Program-made: the position numbers and the translations under genes
DNA from: Mycobacterium sp.
Lineage (GTDB): Bacteria; Actinomycetota; Actinomycetes; Mycobacteriales; Mycobacteriaceae
DNA length: 64,000 nt
Reading direction: 5' to 3' (one strand)
Assembly (NCBI GenBank): GCA_965229105.1
Contig: OZ245858.1
Shown: in pieces, positions 1-15,000 of the stretch
How positions within the stretch are numbered: position 1 is the stretch's first letter
How the letters are laid out: the number at the start of each line of letters is the position of its first letter
Notes under the pieces: generated by a model
Database searches by the model: none
What the model was told of the DNA's origin: nothing
The model's input: only the letters and a program-made list of their open reading frames with translations

Positions 1-879
1 GCGGTCCAACGATCGTTACCGCTTGCCCCCGGTGACACCGTCGTGGTCCTGGACTGCGAATACTCGTCGGTCATCCGCGGCTGGCAGCGACGCTGCGATG
101 ACGTCGGAGCCCGGCTGTGCATCGTGCCGGTTGCCCTGCCGCTGCGCGACGACGCCGAACTGCTCGATCATCTGTCGCGAGCGGCCGGCGATGAGGCGAC
201 CATCCTGCAGTTCAGCGCGATCACGTCGTCTGCTGCGCTGGCACTGCCGGTCGACAAGCTGGCCCGCTGGGGCCACGAGCGCGGCGCAACAGTGGTTGTC
301 GACGCCGCTCATGCGCCGTTCCACATCGACGTCGGACACTGGCAGGGCGTCGACGCGGCCTTCGGAACTCTGCACAAATGGCTTCCGGTCCCCCGCGCGG
401 TCGGCATCATCTGGGCGACCCCAGCAGTAGCGCCCCGGCTGCAGCCCGCCGAGACGTCACTGACCGTGGACGAGCCACTTCTGGCCGAACGCTTCGGTTG
501 GCCAGGCACATTCGATCCCGCATCGCGACTGGCCGTCCCGGCCGCGATCGGCATGCACAGGGAATGGAATTCAGTTGGCGCGATTGCCCATTGCGCGAGA
601 CTGGCCGACTACGCCGACGAGGTGTTGTCGGCGATCGGCGCCGTCCCCACCGGCGGGGTCGGTCTGCGTCCGCCGCGGCTGCGGGCGTATCTACTGCCGC
701 ACGCCAACCTCACTGAGCTGAAGCAGACACTGCTGGACAACAACATTCGCGCCTGGGCAGGTCAATACGACGCATCCTCATGTCTCATCCGGGTCGCCTC
801 GCATGTGTACAACGATGACGACGATATCGACCTGCTCGCGCGCACCCTGCGAGGGTTGATGTCCGGCCATCGCGCGTAA
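1..879 (+). CDS. Class V PLP-dependent aminotransferase (cysteine desulfurase / epimerase-like), 5' end outside the window
   Basis: The frame is open from base 1 (..LAPGDTVVVLDCEYSSV..) into listed ORF 43..879. VVVDAAHAPF and GTLHKWL (PLP-lysine context) look class V. Confidence 0.6.
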   Translation, partial: AVQRSLPLAPGDTVVVLDCEYSSVIRGWQRRCDDVGARLCIVPVALPLRDDAELLDHLSRAAGDEATILQFSAITSSAALALPVDKLARWGHERGATVVVDAAHAPFHIDVGHWQGVDAAFGTLHKWLPVPRAVGIIWATPAVAPRLQPAETSLTVDEPLLAERFGWPGTFDPASRLAVPAAIGMHREWNSVGAIAHCARLADYADEVLSAIGAVPTGGVGLRPPRLRAYLLPHANLTELKQTLLDNNIRAWAGQYDASSCLIRVASHVYNDDDDIDLLARTLRGLMSGHRA

Positions 880-902
880 TAACCTGACCGACCGGCTTTG
901 CC

Positions 903-2363
903 GTGAGAAGGTGGGCCTGGATGGACAACGCATCGCACGACATGAACCGCGCCACCACAAGCGCCGGGCACACCGTCCTCGCCGAGGCCGACAGTGGGTC
1001 CTACCGCTCCTTGCGGCAACGGCCCGTCACCAGGGCCGAGCGGTACGCGCTGGGCAAGCGCCTGCGCAAGAAAGTACCGCGCAGTTCGTTGGCGGACTGG
1101 ACTCCCCCGGTGGATCGGCCCGACCCCGTTGACCTGATCAATGTCAGTCACCAGGGCAGAGTCGATCGACTCATCCCGGTCCGGGTGGGCCGGATGATCG
1201 CCTCTCCGTACGGTTTTCTGCGTGGCACCGCCGTGGTGATGGCCGACGATGTGGCCCGGCTGCCGTCCACGGGGATCACCCCGGTGGTATGCGGTGACGC
1301 GCATCTGGGCAACTTCGGTTTCTACGCCTCCCCCGAGCGGGATCTGGTCATCGACCTCAATGACTTCGACGAAGCGCACCCCGGTGGCTGGGAGTGGGAC
1401 CTGCGGCGGCTGGTGGCCAGTATCTGGGTCGCTGGCCGAGAGAACGGAGCCTCGGAGCAGCACTGTGAAGACGCGGTCCGGTCATGCGTCAAGGCCTACC
1501 GTCTGGAGCTGCGCAGGCTGGCCGACCTGCCCCTGTTCTCGCGTGCCTTCGTCCGCTTGGACGTCGACAGATTGGCCGCCGAAACGGCAGGGTCGCTCCA
1601 AGCAGAGGTGGCTCGTTCGGCCGAGCGGGCACGTCATCGAACCGGTGACCGCGCGTTGCCCCGCTTCACCCGCGAAGTGGCGGGCGTGCGCACGATCGTC
1701 GAAGAGCCGCCGCTCATCACCCGACTGCCGGAATACGAGGCCGAGTTACTCGCACAAGCGCTCGACGACTACCTGGAAACGCTGTCCCCCTATTGGCGTC
1801 GGGTGCTGGGCGGCTACACCTTGGTTGATGTCGCGCACAAGGTCGTCGGGGTCGGCAGCGTCGGCTTGCGCGCCTATGTGGCGTTACTGGAAGGCTCCTC
1901 GCCGGAGGACGTCGTGTTCCTACAGCTCAAGCAGGCCCGCCGGTCAGTACTCGCCCGTTACGTGCACGGCGAGTCGGCGTGGCATGCGCATCAGGGGCAG
2001 CGGGTGGTGGAGTACCAGCAGTCTCTGCAGACGGTGAGCGATCCGCTGTTGGGCTGGACCAGCATGGCAGGCCGGCAATACTACGTGCGGCAATTCCGAA
2101 ATATGAAGGGCCGCATCCCATTAGATGCAATCGATGCAGCCACGCTGTCAGATTATGCCGCCGTCGTGGGCGCGCTGCTTGCCAAGGGGCATGCCAGAAC
2201 CAGCGGTGCCTCGATGATCGCGGGCTATCTGGGTGGTTCTAGTCGCGTGGACAAAGCGCTGGCGGTATTTGCGCGGCGGTACGCCGACCAGACCGAAGCC
2301 GACCACGGCGCCCTGGTCGCCGCCGTCGACCGGGGATTGCTACCGGTCGAGCGCGGGGTCTGA
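903..2363 (+). CDS. DUF2252 domain protein
   Basis: 486-aa ORF with the VCGDAHLGNFG motif and a length typical of DUF2252. GTG start; in-frame ATG (MDNASH) a few codons downstream. Confidence 0.6.
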   Translation: MRRWAWMDNASHDMNRATTSAGHTVLAEADSGSYRSLRQRPVTRAERYALGKRLRKKVPRSSLADWTPPVDRPDPVDLINVSHQGRVDRLIPVRVGRMIASPYGFLRGTAVVMADDVARLPSTGITPVVCGDAHLGNFGFYASPERDLVIDLNDFDEAHPGGWEWDLRRLVASIWVAGRENGASEQHCEDAVRSCVKAYRLELRRLADLPLFSRAFVRLDVDRLAAETAGSLQAEVARSAERARHRTGDRALPRFTREVAGVRTIVEEPPLITRLPEYEAELLAQALDDYLETLSPYWRRVLGGYTLVDVAHKVVGVGSVGLRAYVALLEGSSPEDVVFLQLKQARRSVLARYVHGESAWHAHQGQRVVEYQQSLQTVSDPLLGWTSMAGRQYYVRQFRNMKGRIPLDAIDAATLSDYAAVVGALLAKGHARTSGASMIAGYLGGSSRVDKALAVFARRYADQTEADHGALVAAVDRGLLPVERGV

Positions 2364-2393
2364 CACGCGAGGCCGCGCAGGGCCGGCCCCAGG

Positions 2394-3305
2394 GTGTCGC
2401 GGTACCGTCCACCTGTGAGCCAAGGGCCCAATCCGCATGCCGTCCGCTGGCGGCTCGAAGAGCGTTACCGACAGTTGGCCGCGGCACGCCAGGTCCGGCC
2501 CATCGCGGCGATCCTCACCCGTTTCAGCGACATCGATGGGAGCACGCTGGGCATCTTGGTGTCGGTTCAGCTGTTCACCACGGTCATCCCGTTGATCATC
2601 ATCGGATTCAGCTACCTCACTGGCTTTGCCGACAATGCCAGTCCCGGAACGGTTTTCACTCGCGCCCTCGGCCTGGTATCGCCACTGACGGACCATGTCC
2701 GCGACGCCTTCGGGCATTCGTCAGGATTGCGGTCCAGCTGGACTTTCATTGGTGTCGCAGGCTTTCTGGTGTGGGTGATCCCCATGGGGATGAGCATCGC
2801 CAGCATCTTCGCCAAGGCATGGCGCCGTGAACAATTCGGGCTCTTCGGCAAGGTCTGGCGCGGCGTAGCGTGGTTCGCGTTGTATCTGGCGATGATCGGC
2901 GTACGTGAACGGATCGCGTTCGGCGGTGATCACCACGGCGCCATGCGGGTGCTCCGCTTCACCGCTTCCCTTCTGCCATGCTGGATTTTCTGGTCGCTGA
3001 CGCCCATCCTGCTGGTCCGCGACGGTGGTCACGGCCGGAAATATGTGGTGTTCGCCGGCCTGGCCGGCGTCGTCATCGATGGGACGATTCTGCCGATCGC
3101 CACCCGAATTCTGTTCCCGCCGCTGCTCAACGGATGGGATGAGTTGGGCGCGATGGGCGTGGCCATGGCGTTGTTGACGTGGTGTGGGGTGATCGGCACC
3201 GGATGGGTGGTCACGGCATGCGTGGGGGCCGTGTTATGGGAACGATCCGCCCCGCCCACGACTGTCATCGAGTCCCAGGAAGATGACATCAAGGACCGGG
3301 ATTGA
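2394..3305 (+). CDS. Integral membrane protein, loosely YihY/BrkB-like
   Basis: 303-aa ORF with several hydrophobic helices (LGILVSVQLFTTVIPLIIIGFSYL, WTFIGVAGFLVWVIPMGMSIASIF). The family call is weak. Confidence 0.4.
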   Translation: MSRYRPPVSQGPNPHAVRWRLEERYRQLAAARQVRPIAAILTRFSDIDGSTLGILVSVQLFTTVIPLIIIGFSYLTGFADNASPGTVFTRALGLVSPLTDHVRDAFGHSSGLRSSWTFIGVAGFLVWVIPMGMSIASIFAKAWRREQFGLFGKVWRGVAWFALYLAMIGVRERIAFGGDHHGAMRVLRFTASLLPCWIFWSLTPILLVRDGGHGRKYVVFAGLAGVVIDGTILPIATRILFPPLLNGWDELGAMGVAMALLTWCGVIGTGWVVTACVGAVLWERSAPPTTVIESQEDDIKDRD

Positions 3306-3380
3306 GCGGTCAGGGACGACTCCCTACGTTACGGTCCGGTCAGCGGATGATTCGGCAAACGCGAACGGAGTCTGGTTGGT

Positions 3381-5411
3381 ATGGGGGCAGCGGCGCATAT
3401 CGGACGGGTCGGCGGGCTGGCGGCGGCGTTGGGCATCGGCGTCGCGGTGCTGTACGGCTGCGGTGCGGCGTCCGCGGATACGGCTGGGCAAACCACCTCC
3501 ACATCGTCGTCGGCGAATGCGCCCTCGCCCGGCCCATCGGCCAAACACACCGCGCCACGATCGCACTCAACCGCCGCGAAAACGGCATCACCCGGAAAGC
3601 GCCGCGCTGCAACGCTGTCCACAGTCAGCACGGCGGTACCCGGCACCCCGGTGACGCCAGCCCTTGATGTACCGGCGGCATTGGGCTTGGCCGTGGCGCG
3701 TAAACAGTCCGCGCCGGCCACGACACCGACCGCATCGGTATCAGCGACACCCGCCTTCACCCCCGGCGTGGCTGTCACACAAACTCCGCCGTTGGCTTTC
3801 CTGCAGGAAATCCCGGTACTGGGCCCGACTTTCGTGACCCCCATCGTCACGGCCATCCACCAGATTCCGATCTTCGGCGACCTGATCCACCCGCTGGTCG
3901 GCTACCCCGTCCTACCAGGGGCGCCGGCCAACGCGCCCGTCGCGCGCGACGTCAAACTCACCTCGTTCGACGGAACGCAGATTTACGTGCACTTCATGCC
4001 GGCCGCCGGCCTCCTGGACGGGCAGCAGGCGCCTACCATCTTCGAGGGTCCCGGCTTGGGGATGCCAGGCAGCACCAGCCTCAACGGCACCCCGCTCGAC
4101 GGCATCTTGACCGACTTCCTTGGTGCGGTACAGGTGGGGACACTTCGCAATGCCGGTTACAACGTCGTCACCTGGGACCCGCGCGGCGAGTTCAGTTCCG
4201 GTGGCCAAGCTGAACTCGACTCCCCCGAGTTCGAGGCGAAGGACGTCTCGGCCATCATCTCCTGGGTCGCCACGCAACCCGAAGTTCAGCTCGACGGTCC
4301 CGGTGACCCACGGTTCGGCATGGTCGGCCCGTCCTACGGCGGCGGTGTTCAGTTGGTGACCGCGGCCACCGACCACCGGGTCGACGCCATCGTTCCCGCT
4401 ATCGCTTGGAACTCGCTGAACACCTCGCTCTACAAAAGTGAGGCGTTCAAGACCGGCTGGGGCTCGCTGTTGACCCTCGCCCTGCTCGCCACCCTGGCGC
4501 GGCCGAACCCGGCGATCTACCCGGCAGCGATCTACGGCGCCCTGACCGGAACGTTGACGCAAGCCCAACAAGACCTCCTGACCGAGCGCGGCCCCGCCGA
4601 TCTGCTCGGCGATATCACCGCGCCGACTCTGCTCATCCAGGGCACTGTCGACACGCTGTTCACCCTGCAGGAGGCGAACCGCAACGCCTTGACGCTGATC
4701 GGCAACGAAGTCCCGACGAAGGTGGTCTGGTTCTGCGGCGGTCACGGCCTGTGCACGAACAATCTGCTCGACGACACCGACGGCAAGCTGATCACCGCAG
4801 ACACCCTGGCCTGGCTCGCGCGCTACGTCAAAGGCGACCAAAACGCAGACGTCGGACCGCAATTCGAGTGGGTCGACCAGAATGGGCAGTACTACTCGTC
4901 GACCACTTACCCCGCCCCGGCCGGCAGCACCATCGTCGTATCGAGCAATACCGGCGGCGTACTTCCCCTGCTGCCCTTCCTGGGTGGCTCGGGGCCACTG
5001 CTGGTGGTCCTACCCATCGGCGGGACGAAAGCGCTGAACGCCTACAACCTGGCGATCCCCGCTGCCACCAACACGACGTACATCGTGGGCACACCAGAAC
5101 TCAGCCTGACCTACTCCGGCGAGGGCATCAGCACCCACGTTTACGCCCAGCTTGTCGACGACACCACAGGTCAGGTGCTCGGCAATCAGGTCACCCCCAT
5201 TGCGGTCACGTTGGATGGGCAAACCCACAGCATCACCGTTCCGCTGGAACAGGTGGCACAAACTCTCAACCCAGGCCAAAGAGTGACTCTGCAGCTGGTC
5301 GCCTCGGCCGCAGATTACGGAACACTATGGACGGCAGGAACACTCAGGGTGTCGAGCATCCAGCTGACGTTGCCGACGATCACCGGCGCGGCGCCCCTGG
5401 CAACTGTGTGA
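3381..5411 (+). CDS. Secreted alpha/beta hydrolase, CocE/NonD (peptidase S15)-like
   Basis: N-terminal export signal GRVGGLAAALGIGVAVLYGCGAASA, Ser/Thr/Pro linker, GPSYGGG nucleophile elbow, long C-terminal beta-rich region. Confidence 0.6.
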   Translation: MGAAAHIGRVGGLAAALGIGVAVLYGCGAASADTAGQTTSTSSSANAPSPGPSAKHTAPRSHSTAAKTASPGKRRAATLSTVSTAVPGTPVTPALDVPAALGLAVARKQSAPATTPTASVSATPAFTPGVAVTQTPPLAFLQEIPVLGPTFVTPIVTAIHQIPIFGDLIHPLVGYPVLPGAPANAPVARDVKLTSFDGTQIYVHFMPAAGLLDGQQAPTIFEGPGLGMPGSTSLNGTPLDGILTDFLGAVQVGTLRNAGYNVVTWDPRGEFSSGGQAELDSPEFEAKDVSAIISWVATQPEVQLDGPGDPRFGMVGPSYGGGVQLVTAATDHRVDAIVPAIAWNSLNTSLYKSEAFKTGWGSLLTLALLATLARPNPAIYPAAIYGALTGTLTQAQQDLLTERGPADLLGDITAPTLLIQGTVDTLFTLQEANRNALTLIGNEVPTKVVWFCGGHGLCTNNLLDDTDGKLITADTLAWLARYVKGDQNADVGPQFEWVDQNGQYYSSTTYPAPAGSTIVVSSNTGGVLPLLPFLGGSGPLLVVLPIGGTKALNAYNLAIPAATNTTYIVGTPELSLTYSGEGISTHVYAQLVDDTTGQVLGNQVTPIAVTLDGQTHSITVPLEQVAQTLNPGQRVTLQLVASAADYGTLWTAGTLRVSSIQLTLPTITGAAPLATV

Positions 5412-5476
5412 AACAACCGCTTCGGGCCGAGCTGAGCCGGGTCGCCGAGGGGGCAGGGCCCGCGTCGGCTGATGCT

Positions 5477-5749
5477 ATGACTGCCCTCGGCGACGGACCG
5501 GTCGAGAGGCGCCTGCGTGCGGCGATGTGTGCGTTGGCGCGGCACCGAGGCAGCGACAGCAGCACCTGCCCGTCTGATGCGGCCCGGGCAGTCGGCGGCG
5601 ACAACTGGCGCGAGCTGATGGCCGGTGCCCGCGACATCGCCCGCGACTTGGCCAGCTCCGGTGACGTCGAGATCACGCAGCGGGGTGAGGTCCTTGATCC
5701 CGACGCCACCTGGCGCGGCCCGATCCGCATCCGGATCAGGGCCTCTTGA
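5477..5749 (+). CDS. DUF3253 domain protein
   Basis: C-terminal 90 aa of listed ORF 4751..5749 (MTALGDGPVERRLRAAMCALARHRG..CPSDAARAV..WRELM..ITQRGEVLDP). ATG at 5477; alternative GTG at 5408. Confidence 0.5.
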   Translation: MTALGDGPVERRLRAAMCALARHRGSDSSTCPSDAARAVGGDNWRELMAGARDIARDLASSGDVEITQRGEVLDPDATWRGPIRIRIRAS

Positions 5750-5770
5750 TCAGATGTCGGTCTGCGAGCA

Positions 5771-6481
5771 CTAGCTTGCGACGTAGACCGTATTGGTCGA
5801 ATATCCGCCGGTGAGCGGGTTGGGGAAGCGCACGATCGTCGCCTCGGAACGGTCGAAGACCTCGGCGAGGACCGCCTCGAAGTCGGCGTCGGGTGGATCA
5901 TCGGACCACAGCGCGAAGACTCCCCCGGGATGCAGGTGCCCGGCGAGCCTTCGCAGTCCCGCAGGCGTGTAGAACGTGCCGTGGCTCGGGTGCAGGAGGT
6001 GTCGCGGCGTGTGGTCGATGTCGAGCAGGACGGCGTGGAAGCGGCGGCCCGGCGCCTCCGGATCAAAACCGACGTCGCTGTCGGCCATCGCGAAGAAGTC
6101 GCCGTGTTGAAGGCGGACCCGCGGATCCGACACCAGTTCGGCGGTGTCGGGAAGTAACGCACGCTGGTGCCAGCCGATGACCTCTGCCAGTGCGTCGATC
6201 ACGACGAGTGAATGAAGGCGGGAATCGTTGAGCGCCGTCACCGCCGTATAGCCGAGTCCCAATCCCCCGACGACGACATCCAGGTCGGCATCGACCGCCT
6301 CCGACAACCCGAGGCGCGCAAGTTCCACCTCGGCCACCGTGAACAGACTCGACATCAAGAACTCGTCGCCGAGCTTGACCTCATACACCTCAACGTTCAG
6401 CGATGGCTCGATACGCCTGCGCAGGCTGATGACACCCATGGGAGTCTGCGCCCAATCGAGTTCCACGAAGCGTGCACTCAC
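5771..6481 (-). CDS. Spermidine synthase-like (SAM-dependent methyltransferase fold) protein
   Basis: 236 aa with glycine loop VVVGGLGLGYT and FHAVLLDIDHTP, typical of spermine/spermidine synthase-like proteins. Confidence 0.55.
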   Translation of the reverse strand: MSARFVELDWAQTPMGVISLRRRIEPSLNVEVYEVKLGDEFLMSSLFTVAEVELARLGLSEAVDADLDVVVGGLGLGYTAVTALNDSRLHSLVVIDALAEVIGWHQRALLPDTAELVSDPRVRLQHGDFFAMADSDVGFDPEAPGRRFHAVLLDIDHTPRHLLHPSHGTFYTPAGLRRLAGHLHPGGVFALWSDDPPDADFEAVLAEVFDRSEATIVRFPNPLTGGYSTNTVYVAS

Positions 6482-6578
6482 GACCCACCACCGATCCGCC
6501 CGCGATATCGCTCGCCGAGAAGGCTCGGCTAGTGAACCCTACAGACAGTCAGCGGGTTGGCGCCGGGACCGTCGACGA

Positions 6579-10010
<3,432 letters not shown>

Positions 10011-10027
10011 CGGGCCTTCGGCCAGAC

Positions 10028-10417
10028 TCAGGCGGCTTCCCCGGACGGCGCGTTGACGTCCTCGGGCAAGGCGGCCTTGGCGATCTCGACGAGCGCGGTG
10101 AACGCAGCGGGATCGCTGATGGCGATCTCCGAGAGGTTCTTGCGGTCGACCTCGACGCCTGCGAGCTTGAGGCCCTGGATCAGGCGGTTGTAGGTGATGC
10201 CGTTGGCCCGGCCAGCAGCGTTGATCCGCGAGATCCACAGCTTGCGGAAGTCACCCTTGCGGGCCTTCCGGTCGCGGTAGGCGTAGGTCAGTGAATGCAG
10301 CTGCTGCTCTTTGGCTTTGCGGTACAGCCTGGAGCGCTGGCCGCGATAGCCCTTAGACGCCTTGAGGACTGTGCGCCGCTTCTTTTGCGCGTTGACTGCG
10401 CGCTTCACGCGTGCCAT
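10028..10417 (-). CDS. rplT: 50S ribosomal protein L20
   Basis: [38 protein letters not shown].. is a canonical L20. Confidence 0.97.
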   Translation of the reverse strand: MARVKRAVNAQKKRRTVLKASKGYRGQRSRLYRKAKEQQLHSLTYAYRDRKARKGDFRKLWISRINAAGRANGITYNRLIQGLKLAGVEVDRKNLSEIAISDPAAFTALVEIAKAALPEDVNAPSGEAA

Positions 10418-10469
10418 GGGGTGTTCCTATTCTTCAGGTCTCGTTCAAACTACAAATCGGGGTACGGGA

Positions 10470-10664
10470 TTAACCGTTCAGCATCTTGTTGACGCGCTTG
10501 GTGTCGTTCGCAGCCACAACTTCGCGGCCGTCGAGACGGCGGGTACGCCTGCTCGACTTGTGCTCGAGCAGGTGGCGCTTACCCGCCTTCTGGCGCACGA
10601 TCTTTCCCGTACCCGTGCGACGGAACCGCTTCGAAGCGCCGCTGTGGGTCTTGGCCTTGGGCAT
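10470..10664 (-). CDS. rpmI: 50S ribosomal protein L35
   Basis: [36 protein letters not shown].. is a canonical L35. Confidence 0.97.
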   Translation of the reverse strand: MPKAKTHSGASKRFRRTGTGKIVRQKAGKRHLLEHKSSRRTRRLDGREVVAANDTKRVNKMLNG

Positions 10665-10707
10665 GTGTCCTCAGTTCTTTGTCTTGATTCAGTGGTTCTT
10701 CGGTGAA

Positions 10708-11346
<639 letters not shown>

Positions 11347-11430
11347 GGGGCCTCCCGGGTTGTTCCTCTGGTCATGACCGACCACGGGAAACAACGAAGA
11401 ACAGCCTGAGGAAATGCCGCACCATCAGCA

Positions 11431-11472
11431 TTTTCTGTTCCATAGAACAGAAAAGCCCTGCAGTTGCAGGGC
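11431..11472 (-). promoter_or_regulatory. Two adjacent perfect hairpins in the infC-rpmI-rplT leader (terminator/antiterminator-like)
   Basis: Read on the minus strand: GCCCTGCA-AC-TGCAGGGC followed directly by TTTTCTGTTC-TATG-GAACAGAAAA. The U-rich tract after the GC hairpin is itself the 5' arm of a 10-bp hairpin. Lies about 85-125 nt upstream of the infC start. Confidence 0.5.
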
Positions 11473-11637
11473 CCAATGCCGACCGGTCGCGGATAAACCG
11501 CCTGCGTAACACGCAGAACAGGCACCGTTAAGATGCCTATGACCGGACCGTTGAGCCGTAAAGCCAACGGTGGGAGTGGGACTCCACTTGCTGTCCTGGC
11601 GTTAGCCGGGACGGTCGCGCATGCCAGTCTAGCAGGC

Positions 11638-12012
11638 ATGACCGATGATCCCAGAATCGCGCCAGACGATTCCGTCGACCCTGATGAGCTCCCGCTGCGG
11701 GAGCTCGCTGACATCCCTGCCATCGAGGTGATCACCAGGGCTGCGGTGATGTTGATGAGCGCAACCGCCGAGAAGCTCGGGTTGTCGTCACCAGACCCCG
11801 ATGACAGCCCACACCGCGATCTCGACGAGGCTAGGCGCCTGATCGTCGCACTCGCCGGTCTGGTGACGGCATCCGTCGAATATCTGGGTCCACATGCGGG
11901 CCCGGTCCGCGACGGACTGAAGACGCTGCAGTTGGCCTTCCGGGAAGCCAGCGCCGCCCCAGATGAGCCCGGTCAGGGTCCGGGCGAGAAATACACCGGC
12001 CCAGTCTGGTAG
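11638..12012 (+). CDS. DUF1844 domain protein
   Basis: MTDDPRIAPDD..IEVITRAAVMLMSATAEKLGLS..DLDEARRLIVALAGLV. Acidic small protein; ATG 11638 within listed ORF 11533..12012. Confidence 0.5.
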   Translation: MTDDPRIAPDDSVDPDELPLRELADIPAIEVITRAAVMLMSATAEKLGLSSPDPDDSPHRDLDEARRLIVALAGLVTASVEYLGPHAGPVRDGLKTLQLAFREASAAPDEPGQGPGEKYTGPVW

Positions 12013-12056
12013 GTCCCACACCCATTCCCAGGTTCTAGCGAATATCCTCGCGGCCT

Positions 12057-15000
12057 ATGACCCTCGCTACCCGCTCGACGAGCAGGCCGACATCTCGGTA
12101 TCGGTGGGTACCTGCCGCCGCCGGCTGGACCATCGGCGTCATCGCGACCCTGTCGCTGTTGGCGAGCGTGTCACCGGCAGTGCGCTGGGTCATCAAGATC
12201 CCGCGGGAATTCGTCAACGATTACATCTTCAACTTCCCCGACACGAGCTTCGCCTGGGCGTTCGTGCTGGCCCTGCTCGCGGCCGCGTTGGCGGCCCGCA
12301 AGAGCCTCGCCTGGTGGCTACTGGTGCTGTACATGGTCGCGGCCAGCGTGTGGAACATCGGCGACCTGATCACCGGCGACGTGTCGGTGATGGACGATGT
12401 CGGCGAAGTCATCGGCCTGGTCTTCCACGTCGCGGCGATCGCCTTCCTGGTGCTGGCCCGCAAAGAATTCTGGGCCAGGGTCCGCCGCGGCGCTCTGTTC
12501 AAGGCAGCCGCTGTCCTGGTGGCCGGGATGGCGGTCGGGATCCTGGTCGGCTGGGGTTTGTTGACGATGTTCCCCGGCTCGCTGGATCACGATGAGCGGC
12601 TGCCGTACGCGGCCAACCGGGTCGTGGTGTTCGCCGGTGTCGATGCCGACGCCTTCTCCGGGCACCACCCGCATGTCTTCGTCAACGCGCTACTCGGCCT
12701 GTTCGGCGCGCTGGCCCTGATGGTCGCGGCGGTCGTGTTGTTCCAGTCGCAGCGCGCCGAGAACGCGCTGACCGGTGAGGACGAGTCGGCCATCCGCGGG
12801 CTACTTGAGCTGTGGGGCAAGAACGACTCCCTGGGCTATTTCGCCACCCGCCGCGACAAGTCGGTGGTGTTCGCCCCCAACGGCCGGGCCGCAATCACCT
12901 ACCGCGTCGAGGCGGGTGTCTGCCTGGCCAGCGGTGACCCCGTTGGTGATCCGAGGGCATGGCCCGCGGCGATGGCCGAATGGCTGGCGCTCTGCCAGGA
13001 GTACGGCTGGGCGCCGGGGGTGATGGGTGCGAGTTCGGCCGCGGCGCAGGCTTTCCGCGAAGCCGGCCTCAACGCGATCGAACTCGGCGACGAAGCCATC
13101 CTGTATCCCGACAGATACAGACTGTCCGGGCCGGATATGAAACCGGTCCGCCAAGCCGTGACCAGGGCCAGGCGCGCCGGCCTGACGGTACGCATCCGTC
13201 GCCACCGCGAGCTCTCCACCGAGGAGATGGCCGAAGTCACCAAGCGGGCTGACCGCTGGCGCGATACCGAGACCGAGCGCGGCTTCTCCATGGCGCTGGG
13301 GCGCCTCGGTGACCCGGCGGACTCCGACTGCCTTCTGGTCGAGGCCGTCCGTGCCGCAGCCGATGGCGACGGCGACGGCACGTCCGAGGGCGACGTCGTC
13401 GCTATGCTGTCGCTGGTGCCGTGGGGCACCAACGGGGCCTCCCTCGACCTGATGCGCCGCGCGCCGGATTCCCCCAACGGCACCATCGAATTGATGGTCA
13501 GCGAGCTGGCATTGCAGTCCGAAGGCATTGGGGTGAATCGGATTTCGCTGAACTTTGCGATGTTCAGGTCCGCCTTCGAAGAGGGTGCGCAGCTGGGTGC
13601 GGGTCCGGTGGCCCGGCTCTGGCGGGCACTGCTGGTGTTCTTCTCCCGGTGGTGGCAACTGGAGACGCTCTACCGGTCGAACATGAAGTACCAGCCCGAG
13701 TGGGTGCCGAGGTTCGCCTGCTACGAGGATGCGCGGCTGATCCCGCGCGTCGGCGTCGCTTCGGTAATCGCCGAGGGTTTCTTGGTGCTGCCGTTCAGTC
13801 GTCGCGGTAAACAGCACACCGGTCAACACTCGGCGGTACCGCAGACCCTGGTGGAGACTGGCCTGCTACATGAGGACGGCTCCACTCCCGACGTCAGCGG
13901 GCTCAGTGTCGACGGTCCCGAGGAGAATCGGGCACCCCGCCTTCCCGAACAAGTCCGGGTTCGGATGGCCAAGCTGAAGTTGCTGCAGGACAACGGGATC
14001 GACGCCTATCCGGTTGGCAAACCGCCGTCGCATACCGTGGCCCAGGCCCTGGAGAGCCCCGATGGTACGACCGTGAGCGTGTCGGGTCGGATATTGCGCA
14101 TTCGAGACTACGGCGGGGTCCTGTTCGGACAACTGCGCGACTGGTCCGGTGAAGTGCAGTTGCTCCTGGATAACACATCGCTCATCGAGGGCGACACCGC
14201 CGGCTTCACCGCCGCCATCGACCTCGGTGACCTGGTCGAGGTGACCGGAGCGATGGGAGTCAGCAAGAACGGCACCCGCTCGGTGCTCGTCCACAGCTGG
14301 CGGATGATCGGCAAGTGCCTACGGCCACTGCCAGATAAGTGGAAGGGGCTCACTGATCAGGAGGCGCGGGTGCGTACCCGCTACGTCGACCTGGCCATCA
14401 ACACCGAGGCCCGCGATCTGATCAGGGCCCGCAGCCACGTCCTGCATGCGATCCGGGAAACGTTGTTCGCCAAGGATTTCCTCGAGGTCGAGACGCCGAT
14501 CCTGCAGCAGATCCACGGCGGTGCGAACGCCCGGCCGTTCATCACCCACATCAACGCCTACGACCTCGCGCTGTACCTGCGGATCGCACCGGAGCTCTAT
14601 CTCAAGCGGCTCTGCGTCGGTGGGGTTGAGCGGGTGTTCGAATTGGGCCGGGCCTTCCGCAACGAAGGGGTGGACTTCAGTCACAACCCGGAGTTCACCC
14701 TGCTGGAGGCATACCAGGCACACGCTGACTACAACGTCTGGATCGACGGCTGTCGCGAGCTGATCCAGAACGCCGCGCTGGCCGCCAACGGTGCACATGT
14801 CGTCATGCGACCGAGGGAAAACGGCAGCCTTGAGCCCGTCGACATCTCGGGCCAGTGGGCGGTCAAGACCGTGCACGGCGCCGTCTCGGAAGCCCTCGGC
14901 GAGCACGTCGACACCGACACCGACCTTGCGACCCTGCGACGGTTCGCCGACGCCGCCCATATCCCGTACCAGACCCACTGGGATCCCGGTGCCGTGGTGC

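Noticed and set aside
11433-11452. GTTC-cata-GAAC palindrome considered as a LexA/Cheo SOS box
   Set aside because: The half-site order is inverted relative to the mycobacterial SOS box (GAAC-N4-GTTC). It is better explained as an RNA hairpin in the infC leader.
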